This document shows, piece after piece, positions 6,608 through 16,133 of a stretch of 32,000 bases of DNA. The DNA is taken from positions 2,109 to 34,108 of the forward strand of contig JAIPHU010000013.1 in the NCBI GenBank assembly GCA_021735045.1. Direction: 5' to 3'. Positions within the stretch are counted from its first letter, which is position 1. Each line of letters starts with the position of its first letter. This DNA comes from Candidatus Omnitrophota bacterium (GTDB lineage: Bacteria > Omnitrophota > Gorgyraeia > Duberdicusellales > 4484-171). Made by a program: the position numbers and the translations under genes. The notes below the pieces were generated by a model that worked only from the letters and a program-made list of their open reading frames with translations, was not told where the DNA came from and searched no databases.

Positions 6608-7456
6608 ATGATTACCACAAAAAGCATTAAAAAAATAAGAAAGTCTGTAAGCAAGGCTAGAAATAATGGGAAAATAATAGGTTTTGTACCTACCATGGGG
6701 GCCTTGCATAAGGGCCACCTTTCTTTGATCAACAAAGCAAAAAAAGAAAGTGATTATCTGGTGGTAAGCATCTTTATAAACTCTTTACAATTTAGCCCTT
6801 CAGAAGATTTCAAAAGCTATCCTCGTAAAATAAAAATAGACAAAAGGATTTTGGAGAAAAAAAAAGTTGACCTTTTATTTTATCCTCAAGCTGATAAAAT
6901 GTATGGTCCTGATTTTTCTAGTTTTGTTGAAGAAACTAGATTAAGCAAAAAGTTATGCGGAAAATCTCGACCCGGTCACTTTAAGGGCGTTACCACAATA
7001 GTCGCAAAACTTTTTAATATAGTTCAACCAGATCTTTCTTTTTTTGGTCAAAAAGATTATCAACAAGCTTTAATTATAAAAAAAATGGTAAAAGATCTAA
7101 ATTTCGCTATAAAAATAAAAACTTCTCCAACGATAAGAGAAAAAGATAAACTAGCTTTAAGCTCACGAAACTTATATCTTAACCAAAAGGAACGAAAAGA
7201 AGCAAAAGCAATATACGAGGCTTTGTCCCAAGCAAAACAAATGATTAAAAATAACAAAAGAAATCCAAAAAAAATAATCGCTGAAATGAGAAAAATAATA
7301 GAAAAAAGGCCTAGAGCCTCAATCGATTATATCGAAATTCGTAATGCAAACAATTTAGAAAAAATTAAAAAGATAGAAGGAAAAGTTTTTATTGGAGTGG
7401 CTGCTTATTTTGGCAAAACCCGTCTTATTGACAACATTATCGTTAACAAAAATTAG
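6608..7456 (+). CDS. panC: pantoate--beta-alanine ligase
   Basis: Motifs 'GFVPTMGALHKGHLSL', 'RPGHFKGVTTIV', 'FGQKDYQQ', 'ALSSRN'. Confidence 0.95.
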   Translation: MITTKSIKKIRKSVSKARNNGKIIGFVPTMGALHKGHLSLINKAKKESDYLVVSIFINSLQFSPSEDFKSYPRKIKIDKRILEKKKVDLLFYPQADKMYGPDFSSFVEETRLSKKLCGKSRPGHFKGVTTIVAKLFNIVQPDLSFFGQKDYQQALIIKKMVKDLNFAIKIKTSPTIREKDKLALSSRNLYLNQKERKEAKAIYEALSQAKQMIKNNKRNPKKIIAEMRKIIEKRPRASIDYIEIRNANNLEKIKKIEGKVFIGVAAYFGKTRLIDNIIVNKN

Positions 7457-7506
7457 CGTTTATTTGTATAATATTAGCTATTTGCATTTAAAAAGGAGCT
7501 TAAAGA

Positions 7507-8310
7507 ATGAAAAAAATAGGAATAGTCGGCTGTGGTACCATTGGAGAAGGTATCGCTTTATTTATTGATAAAAATTTATCTAAGCAAGCTACTATTACGG
7601 CTTTAGCCGACAAAAAGAAAATAGCAGCAACTACTCTTAATAAAAAATTAACAAAAAAAGCTAAAATTAAAACCATAGAAAACTTGGTTAAGGAAGTAGA
7701 TTTAGTAGTTGAAACCGCCTCACAAACTGCTGCTTATCAAACAATAAAACAAATTTTAATTTATAAAAAAGATATAATTATCTTAAGTGTAGGGGCTTTA
7801 ATAAAAGAACCAAAGATCTTAAAAGAAGTTCAAATAAAAAATATAAATATGTATATACCTTCAGGCGCAATTTCTGGGGTAGATGGCCTAGGCGCTCTGG
7901 CTAAAGGTAATATAAAAAAATTAACTATTACAACCTCAAAACCTCCAGCTGGATTAGCTGGCGCAAAATATCTAAAAAGCAAAAATATCGATATAAACAA
8001 ATTAAAAAAACCTACTACTATCTTTTCCGGAGGAGTTAAAGAAGCTATAAAATATTTTCCTAAAAATATCAATGTAGCTGCAACTTTACTTTTTGCTTCT
8101 AAGTTCAATAAAGTTAAGGTAGTAATTAGACTAAACCCTAAGATCAAAAGAAATATTCATAAAGTTGAAGCTGTAGCAGATGAAGCTAGGATAAAAACAG
8201 AAGTTGAAAATGTTTCTTCAAAAATAAACCCTAAAACAAGCGCATTGACAATTCTTTCAACCCAAACATTACTTGAGAAAATTTTTTCTTCCGTAAAAAT
8301 AGGAAGCTAA
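7507..8310 (+). CDS. nadX: L-aspartate dehydrogenase
   Basis: Rossmann motif 'IGIVGCGTIG', plus 'PSGAISGVDGL', 'FPKNINVAATL', 'NIHKVE', 'NPKTSALT'. Collinear with Thermotoga aspartate dehydrogenase from memory. Confidence 0.85.
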   Translation: MKKIGIVGCGTIGEGIALFIDKNLSKQATITALADKKKIAATTLNKKLTKKAKIKTIENLVKEVDLVVETASQTAAYQTIKQILIYKKDIIILSVGALIKEPKILKEVQIKNINMYIPSGAISGVDGLGALAKGNIKKLTITTSKPPAGLAGAKYLKSKNIDINKLKKPTTIFSGGVKEAIKYFPKNINVAATLLFASKFNKVKVVIRLNPKIKRNIHKVEAVADEARIKTEVENVSSKINPKTSALTILSTQTLLEKIFSSVKIGS

Positions 8311-8319
8311 TACAACAAA

Positions 8320-8407
8320 CAAGGTTCAAGGAAAAAGGATAAAGGGTAAAATGAAAATAATTAAAAATAAAATCTCTTTAACCTTCAACCTTGAACCTTT
8401 ATCCTTA
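8320..8407. repeat. pair of inverted 7-nt-periodic arrays in the uvrA leader
   Basis: Left array is CAAGGTT CAAGGAA AAAGGAT AAAGGGT (8320-8347). Right array is AACCTTC AACCTTG AACCTTT ATCCTTA (8380-8407). AAGGTTCAAGG (8321-8331) is the exact reverse complement of 8389-8399, and AAGGATAAAGG (8335-8345) of 8396-8406. Confidence 0.5.
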
Positions 8408-8415
8408 TATTAACC

Positions 8416-11205
8416 ATGTATAATTACATAACAGTAAAAGGTGCCAAAGAGCATAATCTTCAAAATATAAATGTTAAGATCCCTAAAAATAAAATAACAG
8501 TAGTTACTGGTCTTTCTGGATCAGGAAAATCATCGTTAGCATTTGACACTATTTATGCTGAAGGCCAACGCCGTTATGTAGAAAGTTTATCTAGCTATGC
8601 CAGACAATTCTTAGAACAACTTCAAAAACCTGATATAGAGCATATAGAAGGGCTTTCGCCGGCAATTGCCATTGAACAAAAAAAAGCTGGCGGCTCATTA
8701 CGCTCAATCGTTGCCACCCAAACCGAAATATATGATTACCTGCGTCTTTTATACGCAAGAATCGGTAAACCCCGCTGCCCTAAATGTGGCCGGCAAATAT
8801 CCAAACAAACACCCCAACAGATAATCGATCAAATATTAAAATCATCTAACGGTGATAAGATTTTTATCTTATCACCGATCATCCGCGGTAAAAAGGGAAC
8901 CTATCAAGCCTTATTTGAAAAACTTCTAAAAGAAGGGTTTTCCCGAATAAGAGTTGATAAACAGATCTACAATCTGGATGAAAAAATAAAGATCAACCGT
9001 TATAAGATTCATGATATCGAAATTTTAGTCGACAGAATAAAAATATCAAAAAAATACGAAAAAAGAATAGCTTCTTCGGTTGAAACAGCACTCAAATATT
9101 CAGAGGGTTATCTGTTAATTTATAATTTAACTAAAGACAAAGAGTTTTTATTCAACACCCATCTAAATTGTGCTTACTGTCAAATATCTTTCCCTAAACT
9201 TGAGCCCAGGCTTTTTTCTTTTAATTCTCCTTACGGAGCTTGTCCTGCTTGTAATGGACTCGGAATCCGACTTGAGTTTGACCCTGATTTAATCATACCC
9301 AATAAAGATAAAAGCTTAGCTCAAGGAGCTATTGAACCCTTTAGAAGAGGCAGTAGAGGATCTATGATGTACTACCGTGCGCTCCTTAAGGAATTAACCT
9401 ATGAACTTGACATTTCAATGGATACTCCATTTAAAAAACTTAGCAAAAAAATACAAAAAACTATTCTTTATGGAAATAACGATATTTACGTCTGGTCAAA
9501 ACCCTACGAAGGAGTTATTCCTCATCTAGAGAGAATATTTAATAAAACTGAATCTCAATATCGCAAACACGATATTGCAAACTACATGTCAAAGCTGTCT
9601 TGCCCGATTTGCAAGGGAATGCGACTAAAAAAAGAAGCTCTTTCGGTGTTTGTGGGAAAATATAATATTTGGGAAGTAGTTCAAATGAATATCAAAACTG
9701 CTTTTAATTTTTTTTCTCAATTAAAGCTTACAAACTCAGAAGAAAAAATTGCCCACGAAATAATAAAAGAAATTAAAAAAAGACTACAATTTTGTTTAAC
9801 TGTGGGCCTTTCCTATATTTGTCTTGATCGGCTCAGATCTACCCTTTCAGGAGGAGAAGCACAAAGGATTAGATTAGCCACACAAGTTGGTTCTGCATTA
9901 TCAGGAGTTATCTATATTCTTGATGAACCAACTATTGGACTTCATCCCCGCGATGATAAAAATTTGATTAAAACTCTAGAAAAATTAAAAAGATTAGGAA
10001 ATACAGTAATAGTAGTAGAGCACGACAAACAAATGATTCATGCTGCTGATCATATTATTGATTTAGGTCCAGGGGCCGGAGTCGATGGAGGAAAAGTAGT
10101 TTATTCCGGAAAAATAAACGGTATCAAAAAATCTAAATCCTTAACTGGACAATATTTAAGCCAGAAAAAAGAAATTAAAACACCAAAAAAACGAAGAGAC
10201 TACAAAAATAAATCCTTCCTAGAAATAAAAGGTGCTTCTGAACATAATTTAAAAAGAATAAATATAAAATTTCCTCTAGAAAGTTTTATCTGTGTAACTG
10301 GTGTTTCTGGATCAGGAAAATCTACTTTAGTTGATGATATACTTTATCGAGCTTTAGCAAAAAATATTTATAATTCACGCCTTAAGCCGGGCAAATTTAA
10401 AAAAATCAATGGATTAAAAAATATCGATAAAGTAATTATTGTTGACCAATCACCAATTGGCAGAACACCTCGCTCCAACCCTGCTACCTATACCGGAGTA
10501 CTTACCCCAATCAGAGACCTTTTTGCTAAACTACCAGAAGCACGGGCTAGAGGCTTTAAAAAATCTCGTTTTAGTTTCAATCTTTCCGGTGGCCGCTGTC
10601 AAGCTTGCCGGGGTGAAGGAACCAAAAAAATCGAAATGCATTTCTTACCAGATATCTATATCCCTTGCGAAGTTTGTCAAGGCAAGCGCTTTAATAAACA
10701 AACCTTAGAAGTAAAATATAAAGGAAATGATATATCTAATATACTAGATATGGATATAGACCAGGCTTATCAACTCTTTCACAGTATCCCCTCAATAACT
10801 AATATCTTAAAAACCGTTAAAGATGTTGGCTTAGGTTATATAAAATTAGGTCAGCCAGCTACAACCTTATCTGGCGGAGAAGCTCAAAGAATAAAATTAG
10901 CATCACAATTGCGCAAAAAAGCAACTGGAAAAACTCTTTATATTCTTGATGAACCTACCACTGGCTTGCACTTTGAAGATATAAAAAAACTACTTTTTGT
11001 TTTGCAAAAACTAGTTGATAAAAAAAATACAATTTGTGTGATAGAACACAATCTAGATGTGATAAAATGTGCTGACTATATTATTGATTTAGGCCCAGAA
11101 GGTGGAGAAAACGGCGGTAAACTAGTTAGCTCTGGAACTCCAGAAAAAATATCTAAATCTAGAAAATCATATACAGGAAATTTTTTAAAAAAAATACTTA
11201 ATTAA
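8416..11205 (+). CDS. uvrA: excinuclease ABC subunit A
   Basis: Two ABC modules with Walker A 'GLSGSGKSS' and 'GVSGSGKST' and signatures 'LSGGEAQR' x2. Zinc-finger Cys pairs are present (CPKCGR, CAYC..CPAC, CQACRGEG..CEVCQG). Confidence 0.97.
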   Translation: MYNYITVKGAKEHNLQNINVKIPKNKITVVTGLSGSGKSSLAFDTIYAEGQRRYVESLSSYARQFLEQLQKPDIEHIEGLSPAIAIEQKKAGGSLRSIVATQTEIYDYLRLLYARIGKPRCPKCGRQISKQTPQQIIDQILKSSNGDKIFILSPIIRGKKGTYQALFEKLLKEGFSRIRVDKQIYNLDEKIKINRYKIHDIEILVDRIKISKKYEKRIASSVETALKYSEGYLLIYNLTKDKEFLFNTHLNCAYCQISFPKLEPRLFSFNSPYGACPACNGLGIRLEFDPDLIIPNKDKSLAQGAIEPFRRGSRGSMMYYRALLKELTYELDISMDTPFKKLSKKIQKTILYGNNDIYVWSKPYEGVIPHLERIFNKTESQYRKHDIANYMSKLSCPICKGMRLKKEALSVFVGKYNIWEVVQMNIKTAFNFFSQLKLTNSEEKIAHEIIKEIKKRLQFCLTVGLSYICLDRLRSTLSGGEAQRIRLATQVGSALSGVIYILDEPTIGLHPRDDKNLIKTLEKLKRLGNTVIVVEHDKQMIHAADHIIDLGPGAGVDGGKVVYSGKINGIKKSKSLTGQYLSQKKEIKTPKKRRDYKNKSFLEIKGASEHNLKRINIKFPLESFICVTGVSGSGKSTLVDDILYRALAKNIYNSRLKPGKFKKINGLKNIDKVIIVDQSPIGRTPRSNPATYTGVLTPIRDLFAKLPEARARGFKKSRFSFNLSGGRCQACRGEGTKKIEMHFLPDIYIPCEVCQGKRFNKQTLEVKYKGNDISNILDMDIDQAYQLFHSIPSITNILKTVKDVGLGYIKLGQPATTLSGGEAQRIKLASQLRKKATGKTLYILDEPTTGLHFEDIKKLLFVLQKLVDKKNTICVIEHNLDVIKCADYIIDLGPEGGENGGKLVSSGTPEKISKSRKSYTGNFLKKILN

Positions 11206-11217
11206 TAAAACCTATAT

Positions 11218-11245
11218 TTGACAGAAATTTAATAAATGATACTAT
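11218..11245 (+). promoter_or_regulatory. sigma70-like promoter candidate for the TPR/ExbB/ExbD operon
   Basis: Perfect -35 TTGACA (11218-11223), 16-nt spacer, TACTAT (11240-11245). It lies in the 76-nt gap after uvrA. Confidence 0.35.
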
Positions 11246-11281
11246 TTGTTATCCCAATTTTTCACCAGCTAAACTTATAAT

Positions 11282-13720
11282 ATGAGCAAAATTATAAAAA
11301 TTACCTTAGTATCTTTTCTAGTAGTTTCTATTTTTTCACCTTTTACTTTTGCTAAAGATGATAGTTTAGCTCAAGAAAAATTTCAAATAGCATCAGGAGC
11401 TTTCTCTGATGAATTTTATCAAGCAGCATTATCTTTATTTAAAAATTTTATTAAACAGTTCCCCCAAAATCCATTAACTCCAAAAGCCAAGCTTTATATC
11501 GCTAAATGCTTTTATCATCAACAAAAGTATTCACAGGGTTTAGCTAAATTAAAAGAGCTAAAAAAAGAACAGATTACCGAATTAAAAGATCCAATTGACT
11601 ATTGGTTAGCAAAAATATTTTTTGAAAAAAAGGACTTTTCAAACTGCTTAAAATATATCAAAAAAATAACAGAAAATAGTCAATCAAAACTTTATCAACA
11701 AGCAAAATACCTTCAATCATTAGCTTATATCAAAACAAAACAATTAAAAAAAGCAAAATCAAGTCTAGAAAAAATTATTAAAGAATCGGAAAAACAAGAT
11801 CTAGTTGATGCTTCTTACCAAAGCCTTCTTCAAATTTATAGCGAAAACAATAATTTTTATAAAATAATTTCGTCCACAAAAACATATCTAAAAAACAATC
11901 CTCAAACAGAAATAAAAGACCGCATATATTTTTACCTAGCAGATGCTAATCGCAAAAAAAACAACCTTAAAGAAGCATTAGGCCACTACAAAAAAGCTTT
12001 GGCTACAACTACCAACACCCATTTACGTGATCTTATCTATCGAGGCATGGGGCTAACTTTCTTAGCACAAAAAAACCTTACTCTGGCTAAACGGACTATT
12101 GATAAGATAGTTGATGACCAGTTAAGGCTATTTTTGCAAGGACTATATTATTTTAACATAAACGATCAAATCCAGGCTCTAGAAACTTTTAGTTTTTATC
12201 TTGACAAATACCCACAAGGAAAGTTTTTGGCTCAAAGCTACTTAAAAAAAGGAGATATCTTATATGAAATGGGAAGAATTAATGATTCCCTTTCAGCTTA
12301 TAGTGCTGTCTTAAAAAAATTTTCAAAACCAGGTTATTCTGATATAAGAGATAAAGCTCATTACGGCCTAGCTTGGTGCTATTTAAAAAACAATAACTTT
12401 AAAAAAGCCATAGCTGAATTTAAGGAAACTTTAGAGTATAGTGATGATCCGGCAGTTAAGATGAGTTCTCGGATCCAAATGGCTGATGCCTATCAAGAAT
12501 CAAAACAATACCAAAAAGCTTTAGATATTTACAACCAAACAATAAAAGACTACCCCAATACTTTATATGCCGATTATATTCAATTTCAAATTGGAATGAT
12601 TTTTATAAAAAAGAACATCTTAGATAAAGCATTGTTAGCTTTTCGTAATCTTACTAAAAATTTTCCCAACTCAAAATTGATCCCTGAAGCAGAATATTAT
12701 TTAGCTGTTGGTTATTTTTCACAAAATAAATATAAAAAAGCAGAAGGCCTACTCAATAACCTTATAAATAAACATCCTAATTCAGGAATAATCCCAGAAG
12801 CTGAGTATCTTTACGCAAAATGCCTCTTTAATCAAAAAAAATATAATCAAGCCTTAGAAATTCTTCAACAAATTACAAGAAAATATAAAAATTTAGATAT
12901 TTCTGAACTTGTTTATATTGATATTGGCTTAACTTACTTAAATTTAGAAAAATTTGATAAAGCTAAAGACACCTTTCGTAAATTTTTAAAAATTTATCCT
13001 AATTCTGAATATACTAATACAGCCAATTTTTACCTCGGCGGAATATGTGAAAAAGAAACTAACTTTAAACAAGCAGAAAAATACTACAGAAAAGTGATTG
13101 AAAACCCTAGAACTAGCTTCACAAACCAAGAAGCGCTGTTAGCCTTAGGCCATCTTGCTTGGAATCAAGGAGACTTAAATAAAGCTAAAGAATATTTTAA
13201 AAAAGGAGCAAAATATCAAACATCTTTTGGCTTAAAAAGTAAGCTATATCTTGCTAAAGTCTACCAACAAGATCAACAAACAGACAAAGCCCTAAAATTA
13301 TACCAGCAACTAATTGATTCTCAATCTAACATAGCTAGAATTGCTTTAACAGATAAAGCATTCTTATTAAAAGAAGAAAAAAAATACCAAAAAGCTATTC
13401 AAACTTTTAAGCAAGCTATCAAAGCAGGAATAAACTCTCCTAAGATAAGATTTGCTTTAGGAATTTGTCTGGAAAAAAAGGATCTAGACCAAAAAGCCAT
13501 GCAGCAATACTTTAAACTTATTTACACCTATCCTAAAAACCCTAAAGATGACAGTGGAGCAAACTACAAAGTAAAGGCTTATTTTCGAATAGCTAAAATC
13601 CATGAAAACAAAAATAATTTAGATCAAGCTAAAAAAGTCTATCAAAAAATTATAGATTTAGGGATTAAAGAATCAAAAATTGCAAAGGTACGGTTAGAAA
13701 AATTAAAAGATAACCACTAA
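11282..13720 (+). CDS. large exported tetratricopeptide-repeat (TPR) protein
   Basis: Signal-like N-terminus (IKITLVSFLVVSIFSPFTFA) followed by many 34-aa TPR-like units (..A.Y.LA.CY....Y..A...F...I..YPNS..). Sits immediately upstream of ExbB/ExbD-type genes. Confidence 0.85.
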   Translation: MSKIIKITLVSFLVVSIFSPFTFAKDDSLAQEKFQIASGAFSDEFYQAALSLFKNFIKQFPQNPLTPKAKLYIAKCFYHQQKYSQGLAKLKELKKEQITELKDPIDYWLAKIFFEKKDFSNCLKYIKKITENSQSKLYQQAKYLQSLAYIKTKQLKKAKSSLEKIIKESEKQDLVDASYQSLLQIYSENNNFYKIISSTKTYLKNNPQTEIKDRIYFYLADANRKKNNLKEALGHYKKALATTTNTHLRDLIYRGMGLTFLAQKNLTLAKRTIDKIVDDQLRLFLQGLYYFNINDQIQALETFSFYLDKYPQGKFLAQSYLKKGDILYEMGRINDSLSAYSAVLKKFSKPGYSDIRDKAHYGLAWCYLKNNNFKKAIAEFKETLEYSDDPAVKMSSRIQMADAYQESKQYQKALDIYNQTIKDYPNTLYADYIQFQIGMIFIKKNILDKALLAFRNLTKNFPNSKLIPEAEYYLAVGYFSQNKYKKAEGLLNNLINKHPNSGIIPEAEYLYAKCLFNQKKYNQALEILQQITRKYKNLDISELVYIDIGLTYLNLEKFDKAKDTFRKFLKIYPNSEYTNTANFYLGGICEKETNFKQAEKYYRKVIENPRTSFTNQEALLALGHLAWNQGDLNKAKEYFKKGAKYQTSFGLKSKLYLAKVYQQDQQTDKALKLYQQLIDSQSNIARIALTDKAFLLKEEKKYQKAIQTFKQAIKAGINSPKIRFALGICLEKKDLDQKAMQQYFKLIYTYPKNPKDDSGANYKVKAYFRIAKIHENKNNLDQAKKVYQKIIDLGIKESKIAKVRLEKLKDNH

Positions 13721-13736
13721 AAGTAAAGGAGGTCTC

Positions 13737-14378
13737 ATGGAAGAACTTATTTTAGGCAACAAACAATTACTTTGGCTTATGTCGCCGATAATTCTCTGTT
13801 CTATATTTTCATTAGCAATAATACTGGAAAGAATCTTTTTTTATCTATCAATTCGGACCAATAAAAGTTCAATAATCTCGCAAATAATCGAATTAACCAA
13901 AAAAAGCAAAATAACTGAGGCAATTGAGCTCTGTCAGGAAAAACCATTTTATGGCACTAATATTTTAAAAGCAGGCTTGGCTCAAAATCAAAAACCTAAA
14001 AAAGCTATAGAGGAAGCTATGGAAAATGCTTCTTTGTATGAAATACCTAAATTAGAAAAAAATCTAAATTTCTTAGGCACTATAGCTCACATCACCCCTT
14101 TGCTTGGTTTACTGGGTACCGTTATCGGTATGATAAGTTGCTTCTATACCATAGAACAAGTTACCCAAACTGCTGGCATGGTTAATCCAACCGATTTAGC
14201 GGGAGGGATCTGGACAGCTTTAATCACAACTGCTGCCGGCCTTTCTGTAGCGATCCCAACCTATATCATGTATAACTACTTTATCCACAAAGTAAGGCTG
14301 CTAACATTAGTAGCAGAAAGAGCTTCTACGGAACTACTAGAAATATTAAGTGGAGGAGGCTACTCTGATGAAGTTTAA
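13737..14378 (+). CDS. MotA/TolQ/ExbB-family proton channel protein
   Basis: AAGGAGG upstream. Three TM segments. Family signature region 'LGTIAHITPLLGLLGTVIGMI' and 'TALITTAAGLSVAIP'. Confidence 0.85.
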   Translation: MEELILGNKQLLWLMSPIILCSIFSLAIILERIFFYLSIRTNKSSIISQIIELTKKSKITEAIELCQEKPFYGTNILKAGLAQNQKPKKAIEEAMENASLYEIPKLEKNLNFLGTIAHITPLLGLLGTVIGMISCFYTIEQVTQTAGMVNPTDLAGGIWTALITTAAGLSVAIPTYIMYNYFIHKVRLLTLVAERASTELLEILSGGGYSDEV

Positions 14379-14769
14379 AAGAGAGAGCAAAATAAATGCC
14401 GGCCTAAAGCAGATGGACATTGTGCCTCTAGTAGACTGTGTATTTCTTCTTCTTATATTTTTTATGCTTTCGGCAAGTTTTGTTGCTGTACCGGGAATAA
14501 ATATAAAACTGCCTAAAGCAATAAGTTCACAAAAAATTAACACAAAGCCTTTAACATTGATAATATCTTCAGAAGATATTATTTATCTAGAAGGAGAGCC
14601 CTATCCAGCCAAAGAAATAGAAGACCACCTTCGTCAAGAAAAGATAGAATCTATTTTTATTAAAGCAGATAAAGGGGCTAGTCTGGGAACAGTTGTCACT
14701 ATTTGGGATATTTGTAAAGATTTAGGAATCAACAAAATCGGGATTGCAACAACTCCCCAAAATCAATAG
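14368..14769 (+). CDS. ExbD/TolR-family biopolymer transport protein
   Basis: 'MDIVPLVDCVFLLLIFFM' is the typical single TM. I prefer the ATG at 14368 (GGAGGAGG at 14352-14359) over the track's GTG at 14350. The gene overlaps the ExbB stop. Confidence 0.8.
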   Translation: MKFKRESKINAGLKQMDIVPLVDCVFLLLIFFMLSASFVAVPGINIKLPKAISSQKINTKPLTLIISSEDIIYLEGEPYPAKEIEDHLRQEKIESIFIKADKGASLGTVVTIWDICKDLGINKIGIATTPQNQ

Positions 14770-14787
14770 TTTATTCTAAATAAGCTG

Positions 14788-15339
14788 ATGAAAATAAAAA
14801 AAATATTTATTATCTTTGTTTTATTTTCAACTTTTTTCCATATCTTATTTTTTTCTCAAATCAATCTTACGCTCCCAAACAAACAAAATCCATACATCAA
14901 TGCCTGGCCCAACCTTCTCAATAAAGAAGATTTGGTAGCAAAATCACAGATAGCTAAATTACCTAAAGAAGTAAATTTTTCGACCGCAAAAATAAGAAAA
15001 GCATACTTTTCAAAACCTTTACCTGAATCTAGCTATGAATATATTTTTAACCAAGATTTAAACAACTATTTAAAACCTAAAAATATACTCAAAAAATACA
15101 CAAAAAGCAACAACCACATCTTCTTTTTGTGGGAAAAAGAACCTCAACCGACTGCGAAAAAAAAATCGATATCTTATCGAGCTTTAGTTTCTCCTTATGG
15201 CAAGATTATATTACTTTATCCCAAAAAACTCGTTTTAGATTCTCATAAAAATATATCTAGTTATAACTATCTTAAAGAATCTGCTTATTTTTTAGAAAAA
15301 AAATTTTTCTGGACAAAATTTGACGTTTTAGTAAAATGA
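14788..15339 (+). CDS. N-terminally membrane-anchored hypothetical protein in the position of TonB/TolA
   Basis: Single N-terminal TM (IFIIFVLFSTFFHILFF) and a location directly after ExbD. No Pro-rich spacer, and I cannot confirm a TonB C-terminal fold by eye. Confidence 0.4.
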   Translation: MKIKKIFIIFVLFSTFFHILFFSQINLTLPNKQNPYINAWPNLLNKEDLVAKSQIAKLPKEVNFSTAKIRKAYFSKPLPESSYEYIFNQDLNNYLKPKNILKKYTKSNNHIFFLWEKEPQPTAKKKSISYRALVSPYGKIILLYPKKLVLDSHKNISSYNYLKESAYFLEKKFFWTKFDVLVK

Positions 15340-15560
15340 TAGATGTAGACCTTTCAGTAGTTATAGGATTTCTGCTTGATAGTTCAATATTGATTTGTTT
15401 TATTTTATATTGGCTAAATAACATCTGGTTTATCAAAAAAGAAAAAAATATAAACTTACAAAAGAAAAAATGTGAAATATGTGAAATTTTTTCTTTTGTA
15501 AATAGTCGAGATGGATATTGGAGATGTCCTAACTGTGAAAGTTTAAATAGAGGTGAGTAG
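15336..15560 (+). CDS. small membrane protein with C-terminal zinc ribbon
   Basis: ATGA start/stop overlap with the preceding gene. Has a TM segment 'VVIGFLLDSSILICFILYWL' and then 'CEIC..(14)..CPNC'. Confidence 0.55.
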   Translation: MIDVDLSVVIGFLLDSSILICFILYWLNNIWFIKKEKNINLQKKKCEICEIFSFVNSRDGYWRCPNCESLNRGE

Positions 15561-15776
15561 ATGGTCACTCAAATAGGGATTGTAGCTGGTGAAATTTGGA
15601 ACTTCTTAGACGAACATGGAGAAACTACTTTAGCTCAAATCACAAATGGTATAGATAAACCTGAAAAACTAATACTTATGAGTCTAGGTTGGTTGGCTAG
15701 AGAAAAACACATAGTGGTTGCAGAAAAAAATAACACCTACCACATAAATTTGAATCAAAAAAAACAAAAAGCATAA
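15561..15776 (+). CDS. small winged-helix protein (DUF2582-like)
   Basis: Its start abuts the previous stop (TAG-ATG). 'AGEIWNFLDEHGETTLAQI......LILMSLGWLAREKHI' matches my memory of the DUF2582 winged-helix family. Confidence 0.55.
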   Translation: MVTQIGIVAGEIWNFLDEHGETTLAQITNGIDKPEKLILMSLGWLAREKHIVVAEKNNTYHINLNQKKQKA

Positions 15777-15827
15777 TATAAAACCACTAAAATAAGTTTA
15801 GATTCAAAAAACTAAATTTTATCAATA

Positions 15828-16133
15828 ATGAAAAAAGGATTTGTTTTAATTGTTATTTTTGGGGTTTTAATTGTGATCTCTTTACTTGCCGTAGCTGCAA
15901 TAAATCTTATGCGCCAACAATCTAGGGTAACTGAACACAGAATAAAAAGAAAAAAAGGGATACTTGCAGCTCAAGCAGGAATGATTCACGCCATAGAAGA
16001 ACTAAGAAAAAACAACGATCCTAGCGGAAATAACGCTCTTACTATTAATGGACTAAACGTAGATATTGATTATACCGATGATAATTCTGGGCCCAAAGGA
16101 ACTGATCCAGTAACAATAACTATTAGTTATTAA
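15828..16133 (+). CDS. PilX-N / minor-pseudopilin-like small protein
   Basis: 'KKGFVLIVIFGVLIVISLLAVAAINLMRQQSRVTEH' resembles the PilX N-terminal hydrophobic helix plus polar follow-up. There is no classical G/FTLxE cleavage motif. Confidence 0.4.
   Translation: MKKGFVLIVIFGVLIVISLLAVAAINLMRQQSRVTEHRIKRKKGILAAQAGMIHAIEELRKNNDPSGNNALTINGLNVDIDYTDDNSGPKGTDPVTITISY

Noticed and set aside
7457-7506. TATAAT word (within TTTGTATAATATT) upstream of the aspartate dehydrogenase gene as a promoter
   Set aside because: I found no acceptable -35 at 16-18 nt and no proper TGn extended -10 spacing. TATAAT-like words are frequent in this composition.
8321-8399. GTTC ... GAAC words near uvrA as a possible LexA/Cheo-type SOS box
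   Set aside because: The half-sites are about 65 nt apart, not in the GAAC-N4-GTTC arrangement. No CTGT-N8-ACAG-type box is present either.
10439-10708. 89-aa + strand ORF in an alternative frame inside uvrA
   Set aside because: The uvrA frame is unambiguous across this region. This is an alternative-frame chance ORF starting at a non-ATG codon.
14281-14289. Perfect DnaA-box-like 9-mer TTATCCACA
   Set aside because: It is a single occurrence inside the ExbB-family coding sequence with no clustering and no adjacent AT-rich unwinding region. It is most likely chance.
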